A stretch of 64,000 nt of DNA from the IMG/VR virus record IMGVR_UViG_3300022695_000133, positions 9,907-73,906 of that record, one strand, 5' to 3'. The notes below the pieces were generated by a model. That model was not told where the DNA came from and searched no databases. It was given only the letters and a program-made list of their open reading frames with translations. The stretch's first letter is position 1. Each line of letters opens with the position of its first letter. Position numbers and translations under genes: made by a program. Below, in pieces: positions 59,863 to 64,000 of the stretch. The stretch comes from a virus.

Positions 59863-60168
59863 CTTTTGTACGTTGTTGGTTGTGGTATGAAATATAACGC
59901 ATTAATGGGAAATAAAGCGATTAACGTATGAGTTATAAGACATTAATGCGTTAAAAGATAAAACCAACCCAACTCATTACCGTTGAGTATAAGAAGCGTT
60001 GCGGATATTTAGCAACTAATTTAATTTGAAATAATGAATTTAATATTAACAATAATAGCCAATTTGAAAACGAATTTTAGCAATGATTTTTATACATTGT
60101 TATGTGTTGGTGTGGTCTGATTTATCACTAAATTTAATTTGATAATATTTATACATAAAGAAAATACT

Positions 60169-60621
60169 ATGAGTAAAGAAATGAGAAAACAAATAGATAA
60201 AATTAAAAACTTTGGTGAGTTTTTGAATGAAGATGTAAATGGTGACAATTTAATAAATAAACTATTATCATTTGGTGGTAAGAGTGTAAAATTGGGATTA
60301 GATACTGATACTGAGATTAGTCGTATATTAAATGATGGTATTTTACTTGACAATTCAAGAGTAATTAATGTTGAGGGTGAGCCAAATCAATGTCATAGAA
60401 ATAGTGCGTATAGATACAAAAATTACACTAAAGGATTTGGAAATGCCACAAGTGAAATAATGAGTGGTTATGCCTTATATAATAATAAGTGGGTTCAACA
60501 CAGTTGGTTACTTACTGAATTTAATTACTTAGAAGAAACAACGAATATTAATTTCAAAAAATACTTTGGATATAAATTAACTAAAGAAGAAAGTGATATA
60601 TTTTGCTATGAAAATGATTAA
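60169..60621 (+). CDS. Hypothetical protein with Cys/His motifs (CHRNS, VQHSW)
   Basis: ATG 60169 preceded by AATATTTATA (60144-53). Confidence 0.7.
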   Translation: MSKEMRKQIDKIKNFGEFLNEDVNGDNLINKLLSFGGKSVKLGLDTDTEISRILNDGILLDNSRVINVEGEPNQCHRNSAYRYKNYTKGFGNATSEIMSGYALYNNKWVQHSWLLTEFNYLEETTNINFKKYFGYKLTKEESDIFCYEND

Positions 60622-60700
60622 TGTAAGACTTACACATAACGGTCTTGATAAGATACATTGCGACATAAAAGAAACTTTTTAACTTGTAAATAAATTTAAT

Positions 60701-60925
60701 ATGAAATACTTAACTAACATTTTAGCACGATTTAAGCAATGGATTTTATCTATTGTTATATTGCGTTTTTTTTTTAAATTATTGTGTTATTGGCTGATAT
60801 TTGCTAATGATTTTATGAGTGACGCAAACACATTACACGATGAAGAGGGTATTCATTTTAATGTTATTGGTTATTTGTTTTATAAACGAAAAATATATTG
60901 GAATGGTGTTTTAAATGCACTATAA
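60701..60925 (+). CDS. Hypothetical protein spanning a repeat right arm
   Basis: Right arm encodes WILSIVIL; stop lies in the CTATAAC box. Confidence 0.6.
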   Translation: MKYLTNILARFKQWILSIVILRFFFKLLCYWLIFANDFMSDANTLHDEEGIHFNVIGYLFYKRKIYWNGVLNAL

Positions 60926-60952
60926 CGGACGAGTATAAAAAGAGTTTGAAAT

Positions 60953-61222
60953 ATGGATATAATAAAATATAAATATACTTGGATTGATGGTAAATTAACT
61001 GCAAAAGAAGAACCTCACAAACTCTTTTTATATATTGTTATATGTAGTTTTTGCCGCTGGTTATTTGAACTAATACATTTTAGACACTACCAACAGAAAT
61101 GGAACGGTCAGAAGCGATTTAAAACTATTAAGATAACAGGATTAAGAAGTGGTTTAATAGATGATATTGGGCAAAGGACAAGAATTGTGTTTTATTGGAA
61201 GATAGGCAAATATTACATATAA
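60953..61222 (+). CDS. Hypothetical protein spanning a repeat right arm
   Basis: Right arm encodes KLFLYIVIC; stop lies in the ATATAAC box. Confidence 0.6.
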   Translation: MDIIKYKYTWIDGKLTAKEEPHKLFLYIVICSFCRWLFELIHFRHYQQKWNGQKRFKTIKITGLRSGLIDDIGQRTRIVFYWKIGKYYI

Positions 61223-61266
61223 CGGAACGGTTTAAGCGCAGTTTAAGATTAATTAAAATAAATATT

Positions 61267-61506
61267 ATGGACAAAAAAGAATTAAAAATTTTAATAGAAG
61301 AATGTTGTAATGATATTTTTGAAAGATTGGAACCTTTAGCTAATGTTAAAGAAAGACTTTATAGAACACTTGAAGATAAATTGCGTTTAAACGATGTTGT
61401 ACGGCAAAGCGAACAGTACTATTGTGCTGATAGAGAAAATGCTATTGAGGATGCTAATTGCACTATACAATATGATTATTGTAAGGATATAGAACGGAAT
61501 CAATAG
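61267..61506 (+). CDS. Hypothetical protein spanning a repeat right arm
   Basis: ATG 61267; right arm encodes KLRLNDVVR. Confidence 0.6.
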   Translation: MDKKELKILIEECCNDIFERLEPLANVKERLYRTLEDKLRLNDVVRQSEQYYCADRENAIEDANCTIQYDYCKDIERNQ

Positions 61507-61567
61507 TATTGCCCACAATGTAAAAGTATATGAAAAGTGCGATTAATTAATTTTAAATTTAATAAAA

Positions 61568-61861
61568 ATGAAACATTATTTTGAAAATAAAGAAAGCGAA
61601 TATTGTCATAGAAAAAAATATTTTAATGATTTAATGATTGAAAGGGGTGTTAAGTCTATGATTGTTATAAACGCAAATAGGCTTACAGGTGAAGATATGA
61701 TGCTTTGTAAAAAATATATGGTTATGGGTGAAAAGGGAAATTGCGGTAATATTTGCAAAGATTATAAACCAAGAAACGGCAAAAGCGGTAATTGTTTACA
61801 CACAGGAGTGTTATATGAAAAGGGTGATGAAACTAAAATTTTCTTAACTAAACGAAAGTAA
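61568..61861 (+). CDS. Cys-rich hypothetical protein
   Basis: CGNICKDYKPRNGKSGNC. Confidence 0.7.
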   Translation: MKHYFENKESEYCHRKKYFNDLMIERGVKSMIVINANRLTGEDMMLCKKYMVMGEKGNCGNICKDYKPRNGKSGNCLHTGVLYEKGDETKIFLTKRK

Positions 61862-61992
61862 GTATTAATCATATACAATTATACAATAAATATGGTAAAT
61901 TTGGGTATTACTAATCGCCAAAGATTTAATAATTACCAACGAATTGTGTATGAATAATAAGCCTACGGATATTAATAATTAAATTTAATAAA

Positions 61993-62187
61993 ATGCAATA
62001 TAAGAAAGACATTGAAAAGGCATTAAAGGAAATGGAAACACGCAAAAGTAGTTACCTCCTTGATATGGCAAGTTACAAAGAACCTAATGGGGTTGTTTAT
62101 GACACTGACTTGATAAGAAAATTAGAGGTAACAGATGCAACGATACACACTTTAAAATGGATGCTACTTAAAAGGACTAAAGATTAG
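61993..62187 (+). CDS. Hypothetical protein
   Basis: 64 aa, within a repeat loop. Confidence 0.6.
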   Translation: MQYKKDIEKALKEMETRKSSYLLDMASYKEPNGVVYDTDLIRKLEVTDATIHTLKWMLLKRTKD

Positions 62188-62298
62188 TGGGGGTATTATT
62201 TATACACGTTGTTACCATTAACGCAGTTGGCGTCATTGTTTTAATGTGCACCAACGTAACTATTTAATGACAGTTTAAGAATCGAAAAATAAAATATT

Positions 62299-62619
62299 AT
62301 GAATGTATTAGATGATTGGCTAAAAAAATATGGAAATAAAGAATTTGATAAACAAATAGAGCAAGAGGCTTTAGATATTTTATTGGATGAATTAAAAAGA
62401 CTTGAAAAAGAAAATGCTAAATTTCGGTTAAACAAAGGGGCGTTGGTGAATAAGTTTACAAGTAATGATATAGATAAGGCATTTATGGTTGGTTGTATGA
62501 ATGTCGGCGGATTAGAAGGTTTAGATAAAGAGTTAAAAAGGCTTAAAGAATTAGGCTTTAAAACGCCTACAGAAGCTTTGTTGGCTATAAAAAACAGTAA
62601 ACAATTCCCACCAATGTAA
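62299..62619 (+). CDS. Hypothetical protein spanning a repeat right arm
   Basis: 106 aa. Confidence 0.6.
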   Translation: MNVLDDWLKKYGNKEFDKQIEQEALDILLDELKRLEKENAKFRLNKGALVNKFTSNDIDKAFMVGCMNVGGLEGLDKELKRLKELGFKTPTEALLAIKNSKQFPPM

Positions 62620-62672
62620 TCTTTTAAGTGCAGTTGTGTAAATTAAAAACTAAATTAAATATATATAGAATT

Positions 62673-62990
62673 ATGAATGTAGATGAATATTTTGGCATGT
62701 TTACTGGCGGAAATCATTATCTTGCTACATGGACGCCAAAAGCAATAAAAGATTTTGCAGAAGATTACCATAAGCAATAATTGCATTTAAAGGGACTTGG
62801 CAATTGTAAATTAAACAATTACCATATAAAAACCCAAGAGACTACTGGATGCTTTAATTTCTTTACTACCGCAAAGAACCATAAGGAAGCACTTAAACAG
62901 CTTTTAGAGAACTCAAGCGATTATAATAACATAGTTAAAGCGAAGAACGATTTAACAATAACCATAAAAAGAATTTACGAGCCTAAATAA
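62673..62990 (+). pseudogene. ORF interrupted by an in-frame TAA (62778-80) at a repeat right arm
   Basis: MNVDEYF...YHKQ*LHLKGLGNC... same frame on both sides. Confidence 0.5.
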
Positions 62991-63122
62991 TTTACAATTA
63001 TCAACGTGTTGTATAAGAAGCGGTGGTAATATTTTAGGAAAAATTTAATTGAAGTAATGAATTTAATATTAACAATAAGTCCCCAATAAAAAGATTTGAA
63101 GGGTTAAATAAATATAAATATT

Positions 63123-63320
63123 ATGAGAAAAGAAAATGAAACAAAAACAATTTACAACTTAGATTTAAATGAGGAATTTTATGAAAATAGCAGATTAAAA
63201 ATACAAAGAGTTGCCTCTGGATGGATATATAAGTATTATATTGAAACAAGCGCATATGGAAAATTCAAATTAAACAATACCGTTTTTGTACCTTATGATA
63301 ATAGGTTTCAAAAGACATAA
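63123..63320 (+). CDS. Hypothetical protein spanning a repeat right arm
   Basis: 65 aa; stop lies in an ACATAAC box. Confidence 0.65.
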   Translation: MRKENETKTIYNLDLNEEFYENSRLKIQRVASGWIYKYYIETSAYGKFKLNNTVFVPYDNRFQKT

Positions 63321-63643
63321 CACAGCAAGTTTAACGATTTGTATGTGATTTAGTTTGTGAAATGAATTATATTGATGAGTGGGGTTTATACCCTATTTAA
63401 TAAATAAAAAGTCGCACCAAAAAATAATTATATTAAATTAATTATCTGTAAATTTGAATATAATTAAAAATAAATTAATTTTTACTTGTGTATTTCACAT
63501 TTATTATCTATATTAGCAGAATTAATTATAAATTTAAATAATATTTGGATTTAAAAATAAAATAAAAAGCAAAGATGTAAAGTTACCCATATTTGATGTC
63601 AGCGTTTTGTTTTTGAACATTAACATACTAAAACTTTAAGAAT

Positions 63644-63985
63644 ATGGCTTATTTACATTGTCATACTTGCAATTGGTCACAAGATGATTTTTACACAAAA
63701 AGTTACAACCCATTAATAAAAATATGGAATGACATTAAGTGGACAGCAAAACCAAGAATACTTAAATTCGACACAAATGAACCTAAAAATATGGCTAAAA
63801 CAGTTTGGACACCTATATTTTATAAAGGTGGTAATGTTTTTTCTTGGAATTGGATGCTTGTAGAAATAGAACGAGATATTAGAAGTTTTATTCATATGAA
63901 ATGGTACACATGGGATAAATGGAATAAAGTAAAAAACACTGCCATTTGTCCAAAATGTGGCACAAGAAACTTCGACATTGATTAG
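63644..63985 (+). CDS. Zinc-finger hypothetical protein
   Basis: CHTCNWSQDDF ... CPKCG. Confidence 0.7.
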   Translation: MAYLHCHTCNWSQDDFYTKSYNPLIKIWNDIKWTAKPRILKFDTNEPKNMAKTVWTPIFYKGGNVFSWNWMLVEIERDIRSFIHMKWYTWDKWNKVKNTAICPKCGTRNFDID

Positions 63986-64000
63986 TGTTTTTATATATTA

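Larger units (their letters stand above)
59080..63302 (+). repeat. Array of ~13 attC-like imperfect inverted repeats interleaved with small ORFs
   Basis: Arm pairs: 59080-96/59238-56; 59265-94/59371-400; 59638-64/59857-80; 59895-907/59941-53; 59969-60002/60080-110; 60631-61/60736-62; 60919-48/61018-44; 61216-44/61378-403; 61511-42/61862-85 (weak); 61934-63/62191-216; 62247-76/62420-50; 62607-35/62779-801; 62998-63025/63279-302. Most left arms begin xxxTAAC/CAAC and most right arms end GTTxxxx. Confidence 0.8.

Noticed and set aside
59080-63302. CRISPR array or simple terminators explaining the repeats
   Set aside because: Units are non-identical inverted repeats with long loops containing start codons; there are no constant direct repeats or consistent U-tails.
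1-64000. Stop-codon reassignment as in some jumbo phages
   Set aside because: Long genes are intact in code 11, and TAA, TAG and TGA all end genes immediately before the next start.
1-64000. tRNA/rRNA genes
   Set aside because: No cloverleaf or T-loop (GTTCGA-type) signatures recognised by eye; tRNAscan-SE was not run.

Overview
AT-rich window from a large T4-like (myovirus-type, probably jumbo) phage genome, likely infecting Bacteroidota (TAnnTTTG promoter boxes). Standard genetic code. Contents, left to right: (1) a >1515-aa tail-fibre/adhesin gene running off the left edge and absent from the ORF track; (2) a large glycosyltransferase/NDP-sugar island (about 7-24.7 kb) with dUTPase and PhoH; (3) a gp55-like sigma factor and baseplate-type genes; (4) a solo TnpB element; (5) the minus-strand head module (terminase, portal, protease, scaffold, major capsid, Hef-like endonuclease), with one intein in the terminase and two in the portal; (6) an ORF pair joinable by a -1 shift on an A11 run; (7) a ClpC gene broken inside Walker A by an atypically split intein (33-aa IntN, 128-aa IntC); (8) from 59 to 63.3 kb, small ORFs interleaved with about 13 attC-like imperfect inverted repeats (xxxTAAC/CAAC ... 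GTT), resembling an integron-like cassette array with no integrase in the window. All product calls come from motif recognition by eye; no database searches were run.
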